Shown: piece after piece, positions 8,806 through 16,717 of the stretch | Layout: every line of letters starts with the position of its first letter | Position numbering within the stretch: the first letter of the stretch is position 1 | Assembly: GCA_035403045.1 (NCBI GenBank) | Contig: DAONEL010000003.1 | Location: 1 to 42,586 of the forward strand | Direction of reading: 5' to 3' | Source: Bacteroidales bacterium | GTDB taxonomy: Bacteria; Bacteroidota; Bacteroidia; Bacteroidales; UBA4417 | Length of the DNA stretch: 42,586 bases | Translations under genes and position numbers: made by a program | Notes under the pieces: model-generated | Told to the model about the DNA's origin: nothing | Seen by the model: only the letters and a program-made list of their open reading frames with translations | Database searches by the model: none

Positions 8806-10461
8806 ATGAAACGCACGGGAAATCTGATCCTAACTGCTTTCGTCCTGACGATTTCAGTGTTACTGTCATCATGCAATGATATGAAAAGAAAAGCCGACCT
8901 TATCGTTTACAATGCCAGGATATATACCGTAGATAGCTCATTTTCTGTAGTTTCGGCTATTGCTGTCAGAGATGGCAAAATCCTTGACCTTGGTACCACC
9001 GATCATATTTTAAGCCGCTATGGAGCAACAGTTCAGATCAATGCAAAACAGCAGTTTGTTTACCCCGGCTTTATTGATGCCCATTCACACTTTTACGGAC
9101 TGGCTTACGAACAACAATATGCTGATCTGACAAGCGCCAAATCATTTGACGAAGTAATTGATATATTAAAGGCCTGGCGAAAGAATCATCCTTCGGACTG
9201 GCTGCTTGGCAGGGGATGGGACCAGAATAAATGGTCCGGACAGAAGTTTCCTGATAACACTTTGTTAGACAAAACTTTCCCCGGAGTTCCGGTAGTCCTG
9301 ACCCGCATCGATGGCCATGCAGTGCTGGCAAGTTCTGAAGCCATCGAAAAAGCCACCCTCAAAAACATTCCGGCCGGCGAAGCGCTCTTTAATGGTGAGC
9401 GGTTTACAGGAATCTTCCTGGAAGGGACTGCTGACAAGATCAAAAATTCTGTTCCGCCACTTGCCGAAACGGAAACTGAAAAATTACTGATTGAAGCATC
9501 TCAAAAATGTTTTGAAGCCGGCCTTACCAGTGTTACCGATGCCGGCCTCGACCTTAAAGATATCATTCGTCTTGAAAAACTTCAGCAACAGCAAAAGCTG
9601 AACCTTAGGCTAAATGTTATGCTGAACCCTACCGAAGAAAACTTCAAAGCTTTTGTTGAGAAAGGCATTCATAAAACTTCCTGGATCACGGTAAGGTCGG
9701 TCAAACTTTATGCCGACGGCGCTTTGGGTTCAAGGGGTGCATGCCTCAAACAGCCATATTCTGACGATCCTTCAAACAAAGGGTTACTGGTGATCACACC
9801 GGAATTTATGCAGAAGGTCTGCGAGATCGCCTATAAATCAGGCTACCAGGTCAGCACACACGCCATTGGTGACTCGGCGGTAGGATTTGTGCTCCGTTCC
9901 TATGCTCGCGTGCTTCAGGGCATCAACGACAGGCGCTGGCGTATTGAGCACTCACAGGTGGTTGACCCCGATGACATTGAATTATTTGGCAAGTACAATA
10001 TTATTCCGTCGGTTCAGGGCACTCATGCCACATCTGATATGGCATGGGCAAAGTTGAGGTTGGGCAAGAGAGTAGCCAATGCATATGCCTATAAAAGGTT
10101 ATTGCAGCAAAACGGATGGCTGCCCAATGGTACAGATTTTCCTATAGAAAGCATCGAACCCCTTAAAACATTCTATGCCAGCGTAGTAAGGAAAGATGCT
10201 GAAGGCAATCCTGCAGAAGGTTTCCAGTTAATTGACGCGCTGACCCGCGAAGAAGCGCTGAAAAGTGTTACCATTTGGGCAGCTAAGGCAGCATTTGAAG
10301 AAAATGAAAAAGGATCCCTTGAAAAAGGAAAATTCGGCGACCTGGTGATTCTTGATAAAGATATAATGCATGTCCCGGAAAAAGAATTATTGAAAACAAG
10401 GGTGCTTTACACTATCCTCGACGGCAAGGTTGTATATGATGCATCGAAGCATAAGGAGTAA
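8806..10461 (+). CDS. Amidohydrolase-family (Amidohydro_3/YtcJ-like) metal-dependent hydrolase, lipoprotein
   Basis: The ORF frame spans 8713-10461. Starting at M32 (8806) gives the lipoprotein signal MKRTGNLILTAFVLTISVLLSSC. Metal-binding FIDAHSHF and the later HAIGD and EH motifs are present. Confidence 0.85.
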   Translation: MKRTGNLILTAFVLTISVLLSSCNDMKRKADLIVYNARIYTVDSSFSVVSAIAVRDGKILDLGTTDHILSRYGATVQINAKQQFVYPGFIDAHSHFYGLAYEQQYADLTSAKSFDEVIDILKAWRKNHPSDWLLGRGWDQNKWSGQKFPDNTLLDKTFPGVPVVLTRIDGHAVLASSEAIEKATLKNIPAGEALFNGERFTGIFLEGTADKIKNSVPPLAETETEKLLIEASQKCFEAGLTSVTDAGLDLKDIIRLEKLQQQQKLNLRLNVMLNPTEENFKAFVEKGIHKTSWITVRSVKLYADGALGSRGACLKQPYSDDPSNKGLLVITPEFMQKVCEIAYKSGYQVSTHAIGDSAVGFVLRSYARVLQGINDRRWRIEHSQVVDPDDIELFGKYNIIPSVQGTHATSDMAWAKLRLGKRVANAYAYKRLLQQNGWLPNGTDFPIESIEPLKTFYASVVRKDAEGNPAEGFQLIDALTREEALKSVTIWAAKAAFEENEKGSLEKGKFGDLVILDKDIMHVPEKELLKTRVLYTILDGKVVYDASKHKE

Positions 10462-10467
10462 AAAAGG

Positions 10468-11145
10468 CTAATCCGGATAGGTGATCTTTTTCACAATCTC
10501 TATAAATTCGCTGAAAATCATTGCAGTAGCTCCCCACATAAAGTGTCCGTAAGCATCAAATCCAGGGGCAACTATTGATATATTTCCTATTTTAAGTTTC
10601 TTCTCAATCACTGCGTCAGGTGCTAAAAGATCATCAAGTTTAAGGATCAGCAGTTCCTTAACCTCCTTAGGATCAGTGTCAAAAAGTGGTTTCTTGTCAA
10701 TAGCGGCTACAAACGGGTGAACAAGGAAATTACTGCGTGGAATATATAAATCTGTCAGTTTACCGCAATAAACCATTTCTCCTGACTTCACTCCAATCTC
10801 TTCAAATGTTTCACGCAAGGCAGTCGAGTAGTCCGAAATATCCTGATTCTCTTTTCTTCCACCCGGAAGGCTTATTTGTCCCGAATGAGCTCCATTGTAT
10901 TCATTGCGAAGAATAACCGGCAAATATACCCTGCCATTATCGGTGAACAAAAGCATCAGAACGCTGCTTTCAACCGGCCGGTGATATGCTGCATCATATT
11001 CATCTTCTGCTAATCGGTGAAGAGGTGCAAGCTTGTATTGGGCTGTTTTTCCTGGTAGCTGCCCCGACAACCGTTTGCTAAGCTGTTTTTTAAAGCTGTT
11101 CCAGCCTGTGAATTGATTCGACAAATTATCTTCGTCACTTAACAT
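10468..11145 (-). CDS. NUDIX hydrolase, CoA pyrophosphatase-like
   Basis: 225-aa ORF. Nudix box GGRKENQDISDYSTALRETFEEIGV, preceded by HSGQISLPGG, which is typical of CoA pyrophosphatases. Confidence 0.85.
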   Translation of the reverse strand: MLSDEDNLSNQFTGWNSFKKQLSKRLSGQLPGKTAQYKLAPLHRLAEDEYDAAYHRPVESSVLMLLFTDNGRVYLPVILRNEYNGAHSGQISLPGGRKENQDISDYSTALRETFEEIGVKSGEMVYCGKLTDLYIPRSNFLVHPFVAAIDKKPLFDTDPKEVKELLILKLDDLLAPDAVIEKKLKIGNISIVAPGFDAYGHFMWGATAMIFSEFIEIVKKITYPD

Positions 11146-11242
11146 CGCTCAATTGGTATGTTTTTTGTTATTTTGATTTTGCATCAACTGATAAAAATAG
11201 TTTATCAGAACGTCGGATGTGCGAAATGGTTCAGAAATACTT

Positions 11243-11250
11243 TAATTTTG
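11243..11250 (+). promoter_or_regulatory. -7 box TAATTTTG for clpS
   Basis: Exact TAnnTTTG, 20 nt upstream of the clpS ATG at 11270. Confidence 0.5.
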
Positions 11251-11269
11251 TCATAACTGCCACTGAAAA

Positions 11270-11542
11270 ATGACAAAGAATAAACCACTTTTCAACGAAA
11301 CCACCAATACCGGCAAAGGTATGGGAAGTGAGATCGTTCTGTTCAACGACGACTTCAATACTTTTGAATATGTTATCAATGTACTGGTTGAGGTTTGCGG
11401 ACATGAGCCTGAACAAGCTGAACAGGTGGCCCTTATAACACATTACAAGGGGAAATGCGGCGTAAAAACCGGAAGGCGTGAAGAACTGCTTCCTATATGC
11501 TTGGAACTGAATCGTCGTAACCTTACTGCCAAAATCAACTAG
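11270..11542 (+). CDS. clpS: ATP-dependent Clp protease adaptor ClpS
   Basis: 90-aa ORF. ClpS core VLFNDDFNTFEYVINVLVEVCGHEPEQAEQVALITHYKGKCGV. Confidence 0.92.
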   Translation: MTKNKPLFNETTNTGKGMGSEIVLFNDDFNTFEYVINVLVEVCGHEPEQAEQVALITHYKGKCGVKTGRREELLPICLELNRRNLTAKIN

Positions 11543-11568
11543 CGATAAACAAATTAATCAAATACAGC

Positions 11569-12528
11569 ATGAAAAAGTCAATTATTTATTTATTAGCAAC
11601 AATCTTATTATCAACGACATTTATGTCGTGCCAGAAAGTACCCATTACTGGTCGCAAACAGCTGAAATTGCTGCCTTCGAGCTACATCAACAGTATGGGA
11701 AATGAAAGCTATGCTTCATTCCTGAAAGAGAATCCCGCAGTAGCACCTCCAACTATACAGTCAGCAGCCGTTACCGCTGTTGGAGAGAGGGTGAGTGCTG
11801 CTGTAACAAAATACATGAACGACAATGGAATGGCTAAGCGCATCGAAGGGTATAAATGGGAATTCAACACGGTTGACAGTAAAGATGTGAATGCCTGGTG
11901 TATGCCGGGAGGCAAAGTTGTTGTGTACACCGGATTGCTGCCAATAACCAAAGATGATGCCGGGCTTGCAGTTGTTATGGGCCATGAGATTGCCCATGCT
12001 ATTGCTGAACACGGAAACGAACGCATGAGTCAGCAATTGGCTATTGAAGCAGCCGGCATTGGCTTAGAACTTTACATGCAACAAAAGCCAGAACAAACCC
12101 GCAATATATTTCTCTCGGCTTTTGGGGTCGGTTCACAATTAGGCATTCTGGCATATTCAAGGCAGCATGAACTGGAAGCTGATAAGCTTGGGCTCATATT
12201 TATGGCAATGGCCGGATATGATCCCCAGAGGTCATTATCCTTTTGGAAAGAAATGGCTGCATCTGGCAGTGGAAGCGTTCCTGAATTTCTAAGCACTCAT
12301 CCAAGCGATGAACACAGGATTGCTGAAATCACAAAATTCCTTCCCGAAGCTCAAAAGTATTATGTAGCCGGAGGACAGCAAACAACCCCGCAAAAGACTA
12401 TTCAGCCATCAGGCACAACTATTCCTGGCAATACAACCAAAACTGCAACAAAAACCACTACAACCACACCTTCAAATACAAATAATAAAAAGTCAACGGG
12501 CACTGTGATAATAAAGCCGGGCAAGTAA
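11569..12528 (+). CDS. M48-family zinc metallopeptidase, lipoprotein
   Basis: 319-aa ORF. Signal peptide with a lipobox (TTFMSC), HEIAH zinc motif (VVMGHEIAHAIAEHGNER), and a Thr-rich low-complexity C-terminus. Confidence 0.88.
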   Translation: MKKSIIYLLATILLSTTFMSCQKVPITGRKQLKLLPSSYINSMGNESYASFLKENPAVAPPTIQSAAVTAVGERVSAAVTKYMNDNGMAKRIEGYKWEFNTVDSKDVNAWCMPGGKVVVYTGLLPITKDDAGLAVVMGHEIAHAIAEHGNERMSQQLAIEAAGIGLELYMQQKPEQTRNIFLSAFGVGSQLGILAYSRQHELEADKLGLIFMAMAGYDPQRSLSFWKEMAASGSGSVPEFLSTHPSDEHRIAEITKFLPEAQKYYVAGGQQTTPQKTIQPSGTTIPGNTTKTATKTTTTTPSNTNNKKSTGTVIIKPGK

Positions 12529-12550
12529 TTCGCAACACATATCAATGCGA

Positions 12551-12580
12551 AAAACGCCCGGCAACATCCGGGCGTTTTTT
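12551..12580 (+). terminator. Intrinsic terminator after the M48 peptidase gene
   Basis: AAAACGCCCGG (12551-12561), loop CAACAT, then CCGGGCGTTTT followed by extra Ts (to 12580). Confidence 0.7.
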
Positions 12581-12604
12581 CTTCATCTCTAAACATTTTG
12601 CCTC

Positions 12605-14809
12605 TTGAAAACTTCATCTCCGGACGATATACTCCTGAACAGGAGATCGCTCATACGCCAATACTATCGCAGGCTATACAAGTCAATTAAAGACCTGCCC
12701 GGCGAGCCTGATAAAATGCTTATCAGAAAGGCATTCTGTTTCCTTGCTTCTTCGCTGGAAAATGAAAGTAACGAAACATTTATCAGCACAATTTCACATT
12801 CCTGTTCGGTTGCCGTAACACTAAGCAGAGAGATGGAGATGCCGGTATCGAGCCTGCTTGCAGCACTGCTGCAGGATTGCGCAAAAAACGATCAGCAAAT
12901 GGCTGAGATCAGCAACCATTTTGCACCAGATATTGCAGGATTGATTTCTCAGTTAAACAGGATCTCCGGGTTGCACACTGAAAGGATATCTATCCAGGCT
13001 GAGAATTTCATTCAACTGGTACTAACCATAACCAATGACATCCGGGTAATCCTTATCCGCCTCGCCGACAGACTCATACTCATGCGCAACATCGATAATT
13101 TCCCGCTTGAGGAACAGCGCAAGATATCGATGGAAACTTTAAACCTCTATATTCCGCTAGCCCACAGGCTCGGTTTATATAAAATCAAAGCAGAACTTGA
13201 AGAACTTTCGATGCGGCATGTTTACCCCGAAATTTACAGGAGCATTGCCGATAAGATCGAACAATCAAAAGAATCACAGGCAAAATACATCGCTGAGTTT
13301 ATCAGGCCGATAGAGGAGGAATTGCAGAAAGGTCAGCATAAGTATTACATCAAATCCAGGACGAAATCCATTCCGTCGATCTGGAATAAGATGAAAACGC
13401 AGAACATTGATTTCGAGCAGGTATATGATATTTTCGCTATCCGTATCATCACTGATAGCAAGCCGGCTACCGAAAAGCACGATTGCTGGGAAGTATATTC
13501 TATCGTTACCAATATCTATAAACCAAATGCATCGCGCATGCGCGACTGGATATCATCACCCAAGAGCAGCGGATACGAATCACTGCATGCCACTGTAGCA
13601 GGTCCCGGTAATAAATGGGTAGAAGTACAGATCAGGTCAAAAAGAATGGATGAAGATGCAGAAAAAGGGCAGGCTGCACATTGGAAATACAAGTCGGATG
13701 CTCATGGTGAAAATGAAGCCGACCAGAGGTTACGCAATATCAGGTCGATACTCGAAAACTACAACTTATTTGATCCCGACTCGGAAAATGAAACCCAGAT
13801 ACAGCCTTTTGATAAACACGTTTATATTTTCACTCCTCAGGGTGACCTTAAGAAACTGCATACCGGGGCTACATTACTCGATTTTGCTTTTGAAGTTCAT
13901 ACTGATGTCGGACATCACTGCACCGGCGGCAAGGTCAACAAGACATTTGTCCCTTTAAAGCATGTACTGAAGACCGGTGACCTTGTTGAAGTGATCACAG
14001 CAAAGAATCAGCACCCTACAAAGGATTGGCTGAATATAGCCACAACTTCTAAAGCGCTGTCAAAGATCAAGCGACACCTCAAAGAAGAAGAGTTCCAGCA
14101 GGCTAACATTGGGCACGACATTCTTACAAGAAAGCTGAACCAACTAAAAATCAACAATATAGATGAAGCCATTCATAGGCTCGTGATATATTTCAAAGCT
14201 TCCAACTCTCTTGATCTCTATCATGATATTGCCACAGAACGCATTGATATACAAAAAATCAAAGATGTTCTGCTTGCTTCGACCAAACCTGAAGAGCCAA
14301 AAATCAATGAGAGACAGCCTGAAAAGAAGATTAAAAAGCCAGTGGCTTCACAATCGCAGGCGCTGGTAATCATCAATAATGAAACGCCCATGAGCGATGT
14401 AAAGCTGGCCCGATGCTGCCATCCTGTGCTGGGTGATGAAATTTTCGGGTTTGTTACCGTATCCGAAGGGATTAAGATACACCGGAAAGATTGTACCAAT
14501 GCTCACGAAATGCATACCCGGTACCTCTACCGCGTGTTGGAAGCGCGCTGGACCGATAATGCCGGGCTGAGCAATTTCCTGGCAACCATCAAAGTGACCG
14601 GAAACGACAGGGTAGGGATTCTCAGTTCAATCACTTCAGTACTTTCTGATGAACTGAATGCCAACACGCGCTCAATCAACATTGAGAGCAAAAACGGTAA
14701 ATTTGAAGGTATAATCACTATCAATGTTTCGGGAAAAAACCATCTCGAAATGATCATTGCCAGGCTTTTAAAGGTCAAAGACGTGAGCAGGGTCAGCAGG
14801 ATTAACTGA
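12605..14809 (+). CDS. relA: RelA/SpoT-family (p)ppGpp synthetase with degenerate hydrolase (HD) site
   Basis: 734-aa ORF with a TTG start at 12605; an alternative ATG lies at 12716. The synthetase core is intact (YDIFAIRIIT, GYESLHATV, VEVQIRSKRMDEDAEKGQAAHWKYK). TGS (VYIFTPQGDLKKL...GDLVEVIT) and a C-terminal ACT-like domain are present. The HD motif reads LLQDCAKN instead of LLHDxxED. Confidence 0.9.
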   Translation: MKTSSPDDILLNRRSLIRQYYRRLYKSIKDLPGEPDKMLIRKAFCFLASSLENESNETFISTISHSCSVAVTLSREMEMPVSSLLAALLQDCAKNDQQMAEISNHFAPDIAGLISQLNRISGLHTERISIQAENFIQLVLTITNDIRVILIRLADRLILMRNIDNFPLEEQRKISMETLNLYIPLAHRLGLYKIKAELEELSMRHVYPEIYRSIADKIEQSKESQAKYIAEFIRPIEEELQKGQHKYYIKSRTKSIPSIWNKMKTQNIDFEQVYDIFAIRIITDSKPATEKHDCWEVYSIVTNIYKPNASRMRDWISSPKSSGYESLHATVAGPGNKWVEVQIRSKRMDEDAEKGQAAHWKYKSDAHGENEADQRLRNIRSILENYNLFDPDSENETQIQPFDKHVYIFTPQGDLKKLHTGATLLDFAFEVHTDVGHHCTGGKVNKTFVPLKHVLKTGDLVEVITAKNQHPTKDWLNIATTSKALSKIKRHLKEEEFQQANIGHDILTRKLNQLKINNIDEAIHRLVIYFKASNSLDLYHDIATERIDIQKIKDVLLASTKPEEPKINERQPEKKIKKPVASQSQALVIINNETPMSDVKLARCCHPVLGDEIFGFVTVSEGIKIHRKDCTNAHEMHTRYLYRVLEARWTDNAGLSNFLATIKVTGNDRVGILSSITSVLSDELNANTRSINIESKNGKFEGIITINVSGKNHLEMIIARLLKVKDVSRVSRIN

Positions 14810-14932
14810 CGTAACCCTTTGCTCAGATATTCTCTCTGATTCACTGACCACTTTTAGTGTATTATTTTCCCATGGGAACAGTTGCCTGAGAATCTTTTGT
14901 TGCAGGTATGATTCTGAGAGAAAATATTTTTT

Positions 14933-14952
14933 CTCCTCTTTGAGGAGTTTTT
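14933..14952 (+). terminator. Candidate intrinsic terminator for the relA-like gene
   Basis: CTCCTC (14933-14938), loop TTT, GAGGAG (14942-14947), then TTTTT (14948-14952). It lies about 125 nt past the stop. The 3-nt loop is short. Confidence 0.4.
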
Positions 14953-15081
14953 CCGGGCTGCAAGAAGTGAATAAACTCCATGTCTTCCGGAATGAATGAA
15001 TGAAGTTGCCGATTCAAAACATTTCTACTGAGTGCCAGATGCTTATCAAGATATTGATATACAAGATGATACATTATAAAA

Positions 15082-15103
15082 GTTATTAACAATTGTTAAT
15101 AAC
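15082..15103. repeat. Perfect 22-bp palindrome GTTATTAACAATTGTTAATAAC (candidate operator)
   Basis: The two 11-nt halves are exact reverse complements. It sits in the ORF-free gap, immediately upstream of the candidate promoters of the putative ncRNA. Confidence 0.7.
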
Positions 15104-15115
15104 TCGCGTTAAAAC

Positions 15116-15174
15116 AATGTTTGGTTCTTTAGCTAAAAAAGCTTGACCCGGCCCCTCGTTTCGTTGTACTTTTA
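15116..15174 (+). promoter_or_regulatory. Candidate promoter region of the putative ncRNA (two one-mismatch -7 boxes)
   Basis: AATGTTTG (15116-15123) has a TTG 20 nt upstream, inside the palindrome (15093-15095). TACTTTTA (15167-15174) has a TTG at 15143-15145, 21 nt upstream. Each deviates from TAnnTTTG at one position. Confidence 0.3.
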
Positions 15175-15180
15175 ATTCAC

Positions 15181-15881
15181 CGGACACGATCATGGAGACC
15201 GGCCGCAAACCGGGAGAAAGAAGTTTCGAGAGGAACAACCGACGACCGGCAAACTGCAAAACCAGGAACAGAAATTCTGCAAAGAACAAACGGGACAGGC
15301 AATGCAGGAGGTCAGAGCAAAATAGCTGGTACGCAAGTACCGGTAACGTTGCAGGAGAACATAAGCACTTACGGGTGCTGAAATTCACCGCTCCATATCA
15401 GGAAGATCGACTCAGCGGCTGAAAGTACTGCTTCGCAAGAAGTAAATACCTGAAACCGCAACTGACAACCTGAAGAACCTTAACGGGAGAAACAGGGGAA
15501 ACAGCAAAAGAGTCGGGCAACACAGTGCACATGCGCTGGTTGTTTAATACACGGTACTTCCTTCGGGAAAAGACCGGTTGAAGATCTTCCGACCGCCGAG
15601 GATGACCTCAGAGGCAAAACTGCCGGACTTCGCAAGAAGCAGGGAAAGATGCCCCGGTGACAAACAAACAGGCAATTTCTGCAAGGAAAAATCCTGAGAG
15701 CGAGTCAGAGGTTGTTGATGTAAGCCGGACAACGAAAGTTATTCGGATTACACCAGATGAACAAAGGGTAAAACCTTTCTTCAGTCCCTCGCAATCGGCG
15801 TTCGGTCCGCTACAGCAGCTACGGTTGCTGTAAACGGAGGTGGGGAACCTTTCAGAATGGGAGGTTCTCCATCTTTTTTTT
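15181..15881 (+). ncRNA. Candidate large (about 0.7 kb) structured ncRNA of unassigned family
   Basis: Ten strong hairpins on the + strand. Seven are capped by GNRA or UNCG tetraloops: GCAA at 15333, 15435 and 15632; GAAA at 15734; UACG at 15370 and 15820; UUCG at 15562. Linkers are purine-rich. The element ends in an intrinsic terminator at 15842-15881. There is no credible ORF. The 5' end is uncertain (15130-15185). Confidence 0.6.
15842..15881 (+). terminator. Intrinsic terminator ending the putative ncRNA
   Basis: GGGGAACCT (15842-15850) pairs with AGGTTCTCC (15862-15870), 9 bp including one G-U. It is followed by ATC and T8 (15874-15881). Confidence 0.75.
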
Positions 15882-15969
15882 ATAGTATCCTGTTTATCAA
15901 TCCAATACTACTGAAGTCCCGCTCATTAAATTTTGATGATCCAGATAGCCAATAGCACTCAAATAACAG

Positions 15970-15977
15970 TACATTTG
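15970..15977 (+). promoter_or_regulatory. -7 box TACATTTG for trkA-trkH
   Basis: Exact TAnnTTTG, 30 nt upstream of the trkA ATG (16007) and downstream of the terminator at 15881. Confidence 0.55.
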
Positions 15978-16006
15978 CAGGTTTTAATTCCACTGCTGAC
16001 AATAAC

Positions 16007-16702
16007 ATGGCAACGAAAAAATATGCTGTAATTGGTATTGGTCAATTCGGAAAGGCGATAGCCAAAGTCCTGTCTTCCAAAGGATTTGAGGTTATGGCCA
16101 TTGACAATAATACTGAAGTTATCGATTCAATAGGAGAAGATGTAGCTTATGCTGTTGCACTTGATGCCACTGATAAAAAAGCATTACAATCTCAGAATAT
16201 CGCTGAATTTGATGCTGTTGTGGTTGCGATAGGTTCCGATTTTGAAAAAAGATTACTTTGCTCATCCATTCTGCTCGACTTGCAGGTTAAACGTATTATA
16301 ACCCGCGCCAATGGTGAAGCCCAGCGCATCATTCTTCAAAAGATGGGCATCACTGAAATACTGTCACCCGAAGAAGAAGTCGGCGTTATTGTTGCTGAGA
16401 GGCTCTCAAATCCAAGTATCGTCAGCTACCTTCAGCTTCCTGATGATTACCGTATCGCTGAAATTATTTCACCCAAGAACTGTATCAACAAAACTTTTGG
16501 TGAGATTGACCTCCGGGATAAGTATAAACTGAGCCTTATCACATTAAAAAAGGAAATAAAGTCAGTAAAAGGAGGAAAAGAACTGTCAGAGCACCATATT
16601 ATGGGAGTTCCTGATTCAAAACAGATTCTCGAAGCAACTGACCGGCTTCTCATATTTGGACACATTAAAGATATTGACCGTTTCCTTCAAATCAATACTT
16701 AA
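16007..16702 (+). CDS. trkA: Potassium uptake RCK-domain subunit (TrkA/KtrA type)
   Basis: 231-aa ORF. Rossmann motif VIGIGQFGKAIAKVL (TrkA-N) plus a C-terminal TrkA-C-like domain. Confidence 0.92.
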   Translation: MATKKYAVIGIGQFGKAIAKVLSSKGFEVMAIDNNTEVIDSIGEDVAYAVALDATDKKALQSQNIAEFDAVVVAIGSDFEKRLLCSSILLDLQVKRIITRANGEAQRIILQKMGITEILSPEEEVGVIVAERLSNPSIVSYLQLPDDYRIAEIISPKNCINKTFGEIDLRDKYKLSLITLKKEIKSVKGGKELSEHHIMGVPDSKQILEATDRLLIFGHIKDIDRFLQINT

Positions 16703-16717
16703 TATTCCAGGTTTACT

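Noticed and set aside
14862-15092. 76-aa minus-strand ORF between the relA-like gene and the palindrome.
   Set aside because: I recognise no motif in it. It is overlapped by a + strand terminator-like hairpin (14933-14952), and its start lies inside the 22-bp palindrome. I cannot exclude a real small protein, but the support is too weak to call it.
15086-15732. Track ORFs inside the ORF-free gap: 15086-15388 (-), 15192-15422 (+) and 15544-15732 (-).
   Set aside because: They are short and overlap each other on opposite strands. Their translations are low-complexity, for example the Arg/Asn/Lys-rich METGRKPGERSFERNNRRPANCKTRNRNSAKNKRDRQ. They run straight through the tetraloop hairpins, so they are better explained as frames open by chance in a purine-rich structured RNA.
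15181-15881. Identification of the structured region as RNase P RNA, tmRNA, 6S RNA, SRP RNA or a group II intron.
   Set aside because: None of the diagnostic cores is visible. There is no GAGGAAAGUCC P4 core, no tRNA-like 3' end or tag-peptide ORF, and no domain V-like GNRA hairpin with flanking exons. The length also does not fit. This was judged by eye only and a covariance-model scan is needed.
15181-16006. A c-di-AMP (ydaO-type) or other K+-related riboswitch/leader controlling trkAH.
   Set aside because: The element is several-fold longer than known riboswitches, and I could not find the ydaO conserved cores. It ends with its own terminator 125 nt before trkA, and trkA has an exact -7 box (15970-15977) downstream of that terminator. 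A regulatory link is not excluded, but a simple leader model fits poorly.
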